DNA of 64,000 bases from Myxococcota bacterium (GTDB lineage: Bacteria > Myxococcota_A > UBA796 > CAJQPC01): the NCBI GenBank assembly GCA_036012755.1, contig DASCPX010000127.1, forward strand, positions 78,373-142,372. The letters are read 5' to 3'. A program made the translations under genes and the position numbers. The notes beneath the pieces were generated by a model, which did not search any database, was not told the DNA's origin, and saw nothing but the letters and a program-made list of their open reading frames with translations. This document shows positions 48,571 to 57,391 of this stretch, piece after piece. Position 1 is the first letter of the stretch, and every line of letters begins with the position of its first letter.

Positions 48571-49347
48571 CTAACCCCCGCTCGGCCTGTTCGCTTCCGG
48601 ACGGGGGGGCTCGCAGAACATGCGGCGAAGCTGGCGCATGAGTGGCTTGAGCGATGTGTGGCGCACGACGCCGCAGGCATCCTGCACGGAGAACCACTGC
48701 ACCTCGCCGATCCCCTCGTCTTCTGCGGGACAGAAGCGCTCCGGCGGGCTGTCGACCTCGATGAGGTAGACATGCATCGACTTCAGTCGCGGCTCCCCCT
48801 CCGGCGTGTGGAAGCCGTATCGGACGACCCCCAGGTCGCAGCCGATGCGCAGCGGCGCCTCGAAACCCATCTCCTCCTGGAGCTCCCTGCATGCCGCCTG
48901 CTCGGGAGTCTCGCCGACCTCCAGCTTGCCCTTGGCGATCTCCCAGGTCGTGCCCCAGCGCCTCGTGCAGCTCACCAGCGCCAGCTCTACCTCGCCTCGG
49001 TCGCGGCGTACCAGGAAGCCACCCGCGCTGACCTGCTCGCGAAAGCCGTCCTTGAGGTTGAGCACGTGGCGGACGCCGATCCGTGGGGCCGTCCAGAGCC
49101 CGGAGCGGGTCCGCGAAAAGCGCGTGCCGGATCTGCGCGCCCGTCCGGCGTCGACGTAGAGCACGACAGGCCCTGCAGAGGAGCGGTGTGCGACCGCCCA
49201 GGCATCCGACTCGACGGCGGACAGGAAGACCCGCCGCCCGGGACCCGCGTCGAGGACGCCGGCGCGCCTGTACCGCTCCAGCCGCGAGACGTTGCTCGCG
49301 TGGTACAGGATGTCCGGGACGAAGTGGCGTCGACGACGACCGCTCAT
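48571..49347 (-). CDS. Tpt1/KptA C-terminal (NAD-binding) lobe fused to a Nudix hydrolase
   Basis: PDILYHAS...RRVFLS...AVAHR...PVVLYVDA...GTRF...GLW, then SAGG and the Nudix box KGKLEVGETPEQAACRELQEEMG. Confidence 0.78.
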   Translation of the reverse strand: MSGRRRRHFVPDILYHASNVSRLERYRRAGVLDAGPGRRVFLSAVESDAWAVAHRSSAGPVVLYVDAGRARRSGTRFSRTRSGLWTAPRIGVRHVLNLKDGFREQVSAGGFLVRRDRGEVELALVSCTRRWGTTWEIAKGKLEVGETPEQAACRELQEEMGFEAPLRIGCDLGVVRYGFHTPEGEPRLKSMHVYLIEVDSPPERFCPAEDEGIGEVQWFSVQDACGVVRHTSLKPLMRQLRRMFCEPPRPEANRPSGG

Positions 49348-50297
49348 TCGTGGATGATCGCACAGGGCCGCTCGGCGAAGTGGCGGTAGGCGCGCTCGGT
49401 GCCTTCGACCATGGCCTCTACCGAGAACTCCCGGGCCCGCGCTCGACCCGCCTCGATCGGGGGATGGGCTCCGGCGAGGGCTCCTCTCAGCGCGGTCCGA
49501 AGGGCATCGGGGTCCTCGGGAGGTACGAGCAAGCCCACCCCGGCGAGCACCTCTGGCAGCCCGCCGGCGGTGGTGGCGACGACCGGGACACCCGCGTGCA
49601 GCGCCTCCACGACCACCTGGCCGAGGCCCTCTTCCTTGCTCGGGTGAACGAAGACATCCGCGCGGGCGAACAGGGCCGCGACGTCATCACGCTGGCCAAG
49701 GAGCTCCAAGTGGCTGTGATCGTCCAGCGGTCCCTCGCCGGCGACGAGGACCCGGGCGTCCAAACCCCTGGCAGCCTCGTCCAGCGTGGCGTGGTCCTTG
49801 TGGTCGACGAGGGCGCCGACAGCGAGCACGATGCGGCCCTCGCCGAGCTCCGCTGGGGGCATCGGCGACAGGGGCTCCACGCCGTCGTGCACGACGACCA
49901 TGCGCTCCTCCGACACGACACCCGCCAGGATCCGCCTCACCGCATCGCTGACGCACACGTAGCCGAGGGCCCGCCCGTACTTGAAGCCACCGGAGACAGG
50001 GAAGTCGACTCGGCGATGCACGACCGGACGAGCGCCGGCGAGCACGCAGACCTGGTGAGCGTGAGAGGTGTGAGCGGCGAGCACGTCCCACTCCAGCTTG
50101 CGAAGCGAGAGCGCGCTCCGGGGGTCGGTCCCCGGGTAGGCCCGGACCTGCGGGAGGCCCAGCCGCGAGACCGGTGACCCCGGTACGCAGAGCAGCACCT
50201 GCTCGTGTCCGCGCCCGGCCAGCCCCCTGGTCAACAACTCCAGCTGGCGTTGACCACCCCGCCACTGCATCGAGGTGTCGACATGAACGATCTTCAC
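49344..50297 (-). CDS. Glycosyltransferase family 4
   Basis: WRGGQRQ, HRRVDF, KDH and PSKEEGLG...EA motifs. Confidence 0.88.
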   Translation of the reverse strand: MKIVHVDTSMQWRGGQRQLELLTRGLAGRGHEQVLLCVPGSPVSRLGLPQVRAYPGTDPRSALSLRKLEWDVLAAHTSHAHQVCVLAGARPVVHRRVDFPVSGGFKYGRALGYVCVSDAVRRILAGVVSEERMVVVHDGVEPLSPMPPAELGEGRIVLAVGALVDHKDHATLDEAARGLDARVLVAGEGPLDDHSHLELLGQRDDVAALFARADVFVHPSKEEGLGQVVVEALHAGVPVVATTAGGLPEVLAGVGLLVPPEDPDALRTALRGALAGAHPPIEAGRARAREFSVEAMVEGTERAYRHFAERPCAIIHE

Positions 50298-50443
50298 AGC
50301 TTGCGTGACTCTTCGGGTGCAAGCCGCGGGATCCCGTCGACCACCGGGTAGAGCCGCTTGCAGGGAGCGCAGGCGAGGCCCCCCGGCGCTGCCTTCAGCG
50401 GCCCCCGGCAGCGCGGACAGACCAGGATCTCCACCCACTTCAT
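50294..50443 (-). CDS. Trm112/YcaR-family zinc-ribbon protein (49 aa, absent from the ORF track)
   Basis: MKWVEILVCPRCRGPL...LACAPCKRLYPVVDGIPRL. Overlaps both neighbours (ATGA, GTGA). Confidence 0.85.
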   Translation of the reverse strand: MKWVEILVCPRCRGPLKAAPGGLACAPCKRLYPVVDGIPRLAPEESRKL

Positions 50444-51246
50444 CCGGGCACCCGCCAGCGGTCGTGTAGCCAGAGCCAGCCATGGGGTCGCTCACGGAGC
50501 CGTTCTTCGTACCAGCGAGTGAGGCGGGCCGTGTCGTCCTCTACATCACCGCTGAGCTCCAGCGGGCCGTAGAACCGCACCCGGTGACGCCCGGTGCCCT
50601 CCCGCCACTGCCAGCATCCAAAGACCGGGACGCCGGTCCGGGCGTGAGCCGCCGCGGCCGCCGGAGAGGTCCAGGCGGGCTGGCCGAAGAAGGGCACGGG
50701 GATGCCCTGGTTGCGCCGCTGGTCCATCACGAAGATGACCATGTGGCCAGCATCGAGGGCCTCGTAGGCGTGCCTCATCGAGCTGCCCGGCGGCAGGAGA
50801 TAGAGCCCGGCTTTGTCCCTGATGTCCGCGATCACGCGGGCGACCTCACCCTGAGCCGGCGGCTTCACGAAGACGGACAGCGGCACCTCCTGGCTCTTCG
50901 GAAAGGCGGCCATCGCGAGGTCCCAGGAGCCGGAGTGGGAGCCAATGACGAGGGTCCCCTCCCCCCGCGCGTGACGCTCGCGGATGGGGTCCACCCCCTC
51001 CCACTCGATGTGGACGGGGTCCCGAAAGTGCCGCAAGAGCTCCGTGTAGCCGAGGAGGATCTCGGCGACCGTGCGCCGCAGGGTCGGCCCGGGTGGCAGC
51101 TCGGGAAAGGCCCGGGAGAGGTTGGCCGCCGCGACGTTTCGTCGAATCGGAACCAGGAGCCACCAGATCCAGCTCAGCGCCCACGCACAGAGCCTCGCCA
51201 GTGGAAGCGGGATTCGGCCGAGGACCCAGGCGGCGGCTCGCGTCAC
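50440..51246 (-). CDS. lpxL: Lipid A late acyltransferase (LpxL/HtrB family)
   Basis: HSGSWD (HxxxD), DQ, VPFFG and WLWLHDRW motifs. Confidence 0.85.
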   Translation of the reverse strand: MTRAAAWVLGRIPLPLARLCAWALSWIWWLLVPIRRNVAAANLSRAFPELPPGPTLRRTVAEILLGYTELLRHFRDPVHIEWEGVDPIRERHARGEGTLVIGSHSGSWDLAMAAFPKSQEVPLSVFVKPPAQGEVARVIADIRDKAGLYLLPPGSSMRHAYEALDAGHMVIFVMDQRRNQGIPVPFFGQPAWTSPAAAAAHARTGVPVFGCWQWREGTGRHRVRFYGPLELSGDVEDDTARLTRWYEERLRERPHGWLWLHDRWRVPG

Positions 51247-53069
51247 GCGATCGCCCGCGTCTCGAAGAGAGCCTGGAGGCGCTCGCGGAGCACGCCCGCG
51301 CCGACGCTGACCTCGACGCGCAGCCCAACGACGTGAGCCTCCTCGCCGAAGCGCACCGCGTCCTTCTCTGTCGTGACGAGTGGATGCTCCGCCACTACCT
51401 CGCCAGGGCGGAAGCGGTGGTGGTCGGGAAAGGGACTCCAGCCGCGCACATCGACGCCGGCTTCCACCAGGGCCTCGAGGAAGCGACCCGGCCGGTGGAT
51501 GCCCGCGAAGGCATGGACAGGTCCCTCCGGCAGGCCCTCCAGGACGACCTCGGAGCTGATGTCGGCGGGCCCGCCCCCTCGCGTCGACCAGACGAGGTCT
51601 GCCTCGTGGAGCCCGCCCGGGCGAGCCTCGCCGACAGGAATGAGCCCGCCGGCCAGTGGGTGGACAGCGTCCACGACGAGGATGTCGAGGTCCTTGTCGA
51701 TGGGGCTGTGGAAGCCATCGTCGAGGACAACCACGTCGGCCCCCAGCGCCGCGGCCTCTGCGACGCCGGCGACGCGGTCGACCCTGGCGACCACGATGAC
51801 CTCTTCCCTCATCATCGTCAGCTCATCGCCGAGGTCGTCCGCGGCGCGACCGTAGCCCCGAGACACGACCGCTGGTGTGCGGCCCAGGGCCTTCAGCTCC
51901 GCCACGACTTGTCGGACGACCGGGGTCTTGCCGCTGCCGCCGCTGGCGAGGTTTCCGATCGAGATCACCGGCAGGGCAGCCCTGGGCCCACCGCGCTCCG
52001 AAGACCAGGCCGAATACAGGAGGGACAGCGGCCAGAGCCAGCGCCGATAGAGCTCCTCCGGGGGCGGCTCAGACCGCACCCGCTCGAGGACCGGCGCGAC
52101 GTCGATGACCGGTGGGATCGGCTCGAGCAGCCCCATCGCCATGGCCTGCGCGATGCCCTCCGCGAGGTCGGCCGCCTGGATGCAGCGGTCGTCGAAGAGC
52201 GAGGCATTCGCTGCGATCTCGGGCCCATGGACCACGGGCACACCAGCCGCGAGGGCCTCTGCGGGCGAGTGACCCCCGATGGCAGCGTCGAAGGTCCCGC
52301 CGACGAAGGCGACGTCTGCGGCTCGGTAGAAGCCAGCGAGCTGGCCCACCACGTCGAGCAGGTGGAAGCGCTCCCGGCCGTCGAGGAGATCGCGATCGAA
52401 GCGCTCCGGATGACGGGGGGCCAGGAGCAGGAAGGGCGGGTCCTCCATGCGGTCGAGGGCATCGAGCAGCCGCTCGGTGTCGCCCTCGCGCACGGACCCG
52501 GCGACGAGCAGCGGGCGCGGCAGCTGAAGCGGCGGCTCTGGCAGGACGGCGGCGAGCTTCAGCGCTCCGAGTCCGACGTCCTCGATGGCCGACAGCACTG
52601 CTGGCATCCACCGCCGCAGGCGGCGCGTCCCAGGACCCTCGCGAGCAGCGACCCGCAGCACCGGGATGGCTCGACCTCGGGCGGCCATCACCAGGTTCGG
52701 CCAGATCTCGGCCTCGACGAGCACCAGCGCAGAGGGCCGCAGGCGCCGCAACCACAGGTCCACGACCAGGGGGTGGTCGAGGGGCAGCGCGGCCAGCGCG
52801 TGGTGACCGACAGCGACTGGAAAGGCGGTGTCGCTGGTGGCCGTCCTCAGCAGCACCCTCCGAGCTGGACGCAGGGCCTCGAGCAGTGCTTGAGCCGCCC
52901 TGCCCTCGCCGACCGAGGCCGCGTGGACGACGATGGCTCCGGGCTCGACCCCTGGAAGCCGCAGCCCCCACCGCTCGGCCCAGCGCACGCGGGTGCGCGG
53001 GTGGAGCCAGGTCCCGACCAGCAACAGCGGCGTCGCCAGCCACCAACACAGCCGGTAGAGCCTCAGCAC
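51243..53069 (-). CDS. waaA-lpxK: Fused Kdo transferase (WaaA) and lipid A 4'-kinase (LpxK)
   Basis: N-half: HAASVGE, EAEIWPN, APRHPERF, GGHSPAE. C-half: IGNLASGGSGKTP, SRGYG, GDE, DDGFH, FPDHH, TTEKDAV. Confidence 0.88.
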   Translation of the reverse strand: MLRLYRLCWWLATPLLLVGTWLHPRTRVRWAERWGLRLPGVEPGAIVVHAASVGEGRAAQALLEALRPARRVLLRTATSDTAFPVAVGHHALAALPLDHPLVVDLWLRRLRPSALVLVEAEIWPNLVMAARGRAIPVLRVAAREGPGTRRLRRWMPAVLSAIEDVGLGALKLAAVLPEPPLQLPRPLLVAGSVREGDTERLLDALDRMEDPPFLLLAPRHPERFDRDLLDGRERFHLLDVVGQLAGFYRAADVAFVGGTFDAAIGGHSPAEALAAGVPVVHGPEIAANASLFDDRCIQAADLAEGIAQAMAMGLLEPIPPVIDVAPVLERVRSEPPPEELYRRWLWPLSLLYSAWSSERGGPRAALPVISIGNLASGGSGKTPVVRQVVAELKALGRTPAVVSRGYGRAADDLGDELTMMREEVIVVARVDRVAGVAEAAALGADVVVLDDGFHSPIDKDLDILVVDAVHPLAGGLIPVGEARPGGLHEADLVWSTRGGGPADISSEVVLEGLPEGPVHAFAGIHRPGRFLEALVEAGVDVRGWSPFPDHHRFRPGEVVAEHPLVTTEKDAVRFGEEAHVVGLRVEVSVGAGVLRERLQALFETRAIA

Positions 53070-53401
53070 AGATCCTCGATGTCCGGGTCCCAGCGAAAGC
53101 GCCTCATGGGGATGCGGTCCTCTATGAACTCGACCCCCTCCTCCTGGAGCAGCGCCCTCTGGAGATCGCCGCGGATGGGGTCCCCCGCAAAGGCGATGTG
53201 CCCGCTGGTGCGCACGACCCGCTGCCAGGGCACGACGACGCCTTCCTTGTCGATGCCTCCTTCGCAGAGCCCGGCCAGCGCCCAGCCCACCTGCCGCGCG
53301 GCTCCGGGAGAGCCGATGGCGGCGGCGACGTCGCCATAGGACAGGACCAGTCCCTCAGGGATGAGTCGGACGACCCGGTACACCTCGTCGTAGAAGCTCA
53401 G
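53063..53401 (-). CDS. Alkyltransferase-like (Atl/YbaZ) MGMT-family protein
   Basis: IPEG...SYGDVA...ARQVGWAL and PWQRVV (Trp replaces the catalytic Cys), LQEEGV. Start CTG 53401 or GTG 53383. Confidence 0.85.
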   Translation of the reverse strand: MSFYDEVYRVVRLIPEGLVLSYGDVAAAIGSPGAARQVGWALAGLCEGGIDKEGVVVPWQRVVRTSGHIAFAGDPIRGDLQRALLQEEGVEFIEDRIPMRRFRWDPDIEDLC

Positions 53402-55101
53402 AGGCGCCCCCCGTACAGGCGCCCGTAGGTGCCCTCGCCGACGAGGTCCTCGTGGCGACCCGCCTGGACGACACGGCCCTCGTCGAGGACCAGGATGACG
53501 TCCGCGTCCCGAATCGTGCTGAGGCGGTGAGCGATGGCGATGGTCGTGCGCCCCGCCTGCAGACGTCTCAGCGCAGCCTGAACCAGCTCCTCGTTCTCCC
53601 TGTCCAGGGCCGAGGTGGCCTCGTCGAGGACGAGGATGGGGGCGTCGAGCAGGAGCGCGCGAGCGATGCAGATGCGCTGCCGCTGCCCCCCGGACAGCCG
53701 CAGGCCAGCCTCCTCGAGGGCCGTGTCGTAGCCCGCTGGGAGCTCGCGTATGAAGGCGTCGGCCTCGGCGGCCACGCATGCCTCGACGACCTCTGCGAGG
53801 CTGGCGTCGGGACGCCCGAGGCGCACGTTGTCGAGCACGCTGGCGTCGAAGAGGAAGGGCTCCTGGCTCACGACGGCGACGTGTCGCCGCAGAGACGACA
53901 GGGTGTAGTCACAGAGCGCCCGTCCGTTGAGGAGGATCCGTCCCGCCGTGGGGTCGTGGAAGCGCGGGACGAGGCCAGCCAGGGTGCTCTTGCCGGCCCC
54001 GCTCGCACCGACGAGCGCCACCATCTCCCCAGCCTCGACGGCGAAGCGCACGCCCCGGAGCACCGGACCATCGCCGTAGTCGAAGCCCACGTCCTCGAAG
54101 ACGAGCCTGCACACCTCCGAGGACAGCGGCACGTCACCCTCGGGGACGGAGTCCTCGCAGTCGAGGACCTCGAAGACCCGCTGGGCTCCAGCGAGGGCGC
54201 GCTGTCCGAGGCTCACGATCTCGGAGAGCGACTTCAAGGGCTGGTTCATCAGGCCGAGGGCGACCAGGAAGGCGATGAGCTCGCCGGCCTGCAGCGTGCC
54301 TGCGAAGACCCGCTGCCCCCCCCACCACAGGACCAGGCCGACGCCGAGCGCCGCGACGAGCTCGATGACCGGACCGGGTAGGAGCTGGGCCAGGGTGCGC
54401 CGAAGGATGAGGCGGTACTGCTCCTCGTTGTCGACGTCGAAGGCCTCCAGACGCAGCTCCTCGGCGCGGAATGCCTGCACCGTGCGGATCCCCGTGAGGC
54501 TCTCCTGGGCCGTCCCCGTGAGCCCGGCGAGGTTGTCGAGAGAGTCCCTCGCCGCCGCCCGCAGGCGCCGTCCGAAGGCCGCGATCGGCCAGGCGATGAC
54601 AGGCAGGGCGATGATCGCCATGGTCGCCAGCCGCCAGTCCATCCAGAAAATGGAGGCCACCAGGAAGACGAGCGTCAGCGGCTTCTGGACGAGGGTGGCC
54701 CAGGCGCTCACGAGGTACTGGACCTGCCCGACGTCCTGGGTGAGCCAGGTGAGCCGCTCGCCGAGTGCCATCCGCTGGTGCCAGCCGGGCTTCAGCACGA
54801 GGAGGCGCTCGAAGAGCTGACGCCTGAGCCGCGTGACCACGGAGAAGGCGACGGACTTCGTGATCATCGCCCGGCCCACACCCACGGTCCCCGACAGCAG
54901 GTAGAGGCCGGCGACGGCGAAGGGCAGGACCGCAAGGGACGCGGCGTCGTGCTCGATGAGGACGCGGTCGAGCACCTGCTCGATCAACACCACCAGCGCC
55001 CCCGGGATGGCAGCCGCGAGGCCCATCATCACCGCGGCGAGGGCGAGCCGCCCGGCGTAAGGCCGGTAGTAGAGCAGCAGGCGGCGAAGGGTCGGACTCA
55101 T
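53398..55101 (-). CDS. msbA: Lipid A export ABC transporter
   Basis: Six-TM domain, GASGAGKS, LSGGQRQR and LDEATSALD motifs, in lipid A operon context. Confidence 0.88.
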   Translation of the reverse strand: MSPTLRRLLLYYRPYAGRLALAAVMMGLAAAIPGALVVLIEQVLDRVLIEHDAASLAVLPFAVAGLYLLSGTVGVGRAMITKSVAFSVVTRLRRQLFERLLVLKPGWHQRMALGERLTWLTQDVGQVQYLVSAWATLVQKPLTLVFLVASIFWMDWRLATMAIIALPVIAWPIAAFGRRLRAAARDSLDNLAGLTGTAQESLTGIRTVQAFRAEELRLEAFDVDNEEQYRLILRRTLAQLLPGPVIELVAALGVGLVLWWGGQRVFAGTLQAGELIAFLVALGLMNQPLKSLSEIVSLGQRALAGAQRVFEVLDCEDSVPEGDVPLSSEVCRLVFEDVGFDYGDGPVLRGVRFAVEAGEMVALVGASGAGKSTLAGLVPRFHDPTAGRILLNGRALCDYTLSSLRRHVAVVSQEPFLFDASVLDNVRLGRPDASLAEVVEACVAAEADAFIRELPAGYDTALEEAGLRLSGGQRQRICIARALLLDAPILVLDEATSALDRENEELVQAALRRLQAGRTTIAIAHRLSTIRDADVILVLDEGRVVQAGRHEDLVGEGTYGRLYGGRL

Positions 55102-56372
55102 CGGGGCTCCGAATCGTAGCCCTCCACCACGGCGACCTGCCACGTGCCGATGACACGCTCTCCATGGCGCGCGACGATGTCGTGGCTGCCGCTGCGCTCG
55201 GCGTAGAGCCCGTCGGTGGGCCAGGTGTCACCAGAGCGGCTCGGCCGAAGCACGACGGATCGCTCGGGGAGCCCGTCTCGCCAGAGGTCGAACTGGCTCT
55301 GTCGTCCGGCACCCGGCACGGTCGTGGCGTCGACGCCCCCGTAGAAGCGCACCCAGGCGGCCTCCTGGTAGCGCTCGCAGAGGACCGGCTCGAGACCCCA
55401 GGCGCCGGCGGACTCGCCCACCACCTCGCCCATCCGGAGCTGATCGACGGGGTCCTTCTGGAGGGGAAGGACCGAGAAACAGGCGTGGACCAGCACCACC
55501 GCGCTCAGCAGCAGGCCGATCGCTCCCCCCCACTCGGCGAAGTTGCGAGCGACGCCGTTGGTCCGAGAGGCCCCGACGACCGCCGCCATGCAGAAGGGCA
55601 GGCCCCAGTTCCCCTCCCCTCGTGACAGCAGCGAAGCGCCCCCGAACACACAGAGGGTCAGCACAGCCGACCACCACCAGCGATCCCGCGGCCCCCTGGC
55701 GATCCAGAAGGCCGCGGAGACCGGGACGAAGACACCCAGGAAGAAGACCTGCGCCCCAAGGAACTCGAGCAGGGGTCCGAGCCCACCGTCGCCGCGCCCG
55801 AGGCCGTGGTCGAGCTGGAAGAGCACGTGACCGGCCAGGCTCGGCGCCGCGAGGAGCATGGCCAGCCCGGCGCTCATCCAGGCCCGCCTGCTCCTGGGCT
55901 CTGCCAGCACGAGCGCCACCACCAGCAGGACCCCGGAGAGCTTGAACCACAGGGCAGCCCCGGCGAGGAGCCCGGCCAGCACCCAGCGCCCGCGCTCGGC
56001 CGCCACGATGGACAGCACCCAGAAGGCCAGGAGGCCCGCGTCCGGCGTCGCGAGCACAGAGGGCAGGACCACGCCGGGCACCGCGAGGCAGAGCAGCAGC
56101 GTGTGTCGTCGCCGCTCGTGCCAGAGGAGTGCCGACAGCGCCACTCCCTGCAGGACCAGCCCTCCGGCGCGGACTCCCAGCTCCGAGTCCCCGAGCACGG
56201 TGGTCCCGGCCCGAATCAGCCAGGCGACGCCCGCGGGGTGGTCGAAGTAGGAGATCCCGAGCGCCTCGCTCCAGGTCCAGTAGTAGGCCTCGTCAGCCGC
56301 CAGGCCGAGCCGGGCCGCGATGACGAGCCGGAGACCAGTGACCACCCAGACAGCCGCGATCCCCCACTTCAC
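55098..56372 (-). CDS. ArnT/PMT-type (GT-C) membrane glycosyltransferase
   Basis: DEAYYWTWS, YFDHP and TPD motifs, with many TMs. Confidence 0.8.
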   Translation of the reverse strand: MKWGIAAVWVVTGLRLVIAARLGLAADEAYYWTWSEALGISYFDHPAGVAWLIRAGTTVLGDSELGVRAGGLVLQGVALSALLWHERRRHTLLLCLAVPGVVLPSVLATPDAGLLAFWVLSIVAAERGRWVLAGLLAGAALWFKLSGVLLVVALVLAEPRSRRAWMSAGLAMLLAAPSLAGHVLFQLDHGLGRGDGGLGPLLEFLGAQVFFLGVFVPVSAAFWIARGPRDRWWWSAVLTLCVFGGASLLSRGEGNWGLPFCMAAVVGASRTNGVARNFAEWGGAIGLLLSAVVLVHACFSVLPLQKDPVDQLRMGEVVGESAGAWGLEPVLCERYQEAAWVRFYGGVDATTVPGAGRQSQFDLWRDGLPERSVVLRPSRSGDTWPTDGLYAERSGSHDIVARHGERVIGTWQVAVVEGYDSEPR

Positions 56373-57391
56373 GCCAGGTGCTCGGCGACGAAGCTGGCGA
56401 TGCGCGCAGTCGCGCCGGGCCCCTCCAGGAGCGCCCGCACCTCCTCCAGGTCCGCCAACTGCCGCTCCGAACCCTCCAGGGCGGCGACAAGGTCAGCAGG
56501 TCCGAAGTCCTGCAGGAGCTCCGGAACGGCCCTGCGCCCCAGCACCAGGTTCGGGAGGGCCATGTGCTCGACACCGGTGACGAGCAGCTTGCCGATACCA
56601 TAGGTCAGAGGGTTCACCCGGTAGCAGACGACCATCGGCCGCCCGAGGCAGGCGAGCTCCAAGGTGGCGGTGCCGCTGGCGGTCAAGGCAGCCTTCGCCC
56701 CGGTGGCGGCGCTGGAGATGTCCTCGACGATCTCGATCCCCGGCAGGGCCGGCAGCTCGATGCCCGCGGCCCGTGGCAGCCGGGTGACGAGACCGGTCTG
56801 GCGGGCCGCCTCGACGAGGTCGTCCAGCAGGCGATCGACCTCCGACTTCCGCGAGCCGGGGAGGATGGCCAGGTCCTGCCCGAGGGGGCCTGCGTGCTCG
56901 ATCCGCTCGGCCACCGGGTGACCGAAGAACAGCGCCCTGCCGCCGTGCCGTTCATAGAAGGCAGGCTCGAAGGGGAGCAGGCAGATGACGGCCTCCGCGA
57001 TCTCCGCGATCTCCTTGGCCCGACCCTTGCGCCACGCCCAGACCTGGGGCGAGACATAGAACACCACGTCCACGCCTCGCTCGCGTGCCTTTCGCGCCAG
57101 CGGGATGTTGAAGTCGGGGGCGTCCACGACCACCAGGAGCGACGTCCCCGGAAGGCGGGCCACGAGCTCCTCGCGAATGCGCAGCGCGTCGGGGATGACG
57201 CCGATGACCTCGACCAGTCCCATCACGCCGAGGCGCTCTGCGTCGGCTATGGCCTCCACACCAGCCGCGCGCATGGCAGGGCCCGCCAGGCCGTAGGCCT
57301 CGATCTCGAGGTGCTCGCCCAGCGCGACCACGAGCTCGGCCGCCAGTTCGTCCCCGCTCGGCTCGGCGGCGGAGATCATCAGACGCCTCAT
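56369..57391 (-). CDS. lpxB: Lipid A disaccharide synthase
   Basis: EPSGD, DAPDFN, YVSPQVWAWR, LPFE, GHP, LPGSR and SGTATLE motifs. Confidence 0.93.
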   Translation of the reverse strand: MRRLMISAAEPSGDELAAELVVALGEHLEIEAYGLAGPAMRAAGVEAIADAERLGVMGLVEVIGVIPDALRIREELVARLPGTSLLVVVDAPDFNIPLARKARERGVDVVFYVSPQVWAWRKGRAKEIAEIAEAVICLLPFEPAFYERHGGRALFFGHPVAERIEHAGPLGQDLAILPGSRKSEVDRLLDDLVEAARQTGLVTRLPRAAGIELPALPGIEIVEDISSAATGAKAALTASGTATLELACLGRPMVVCYRVNPLTYGIGKLLVTGVEHMALPNLVLGRRAVPELLQDFGPADLVAALEGSERQLADLEEVRALLEGPGATARIASFVAEHLA

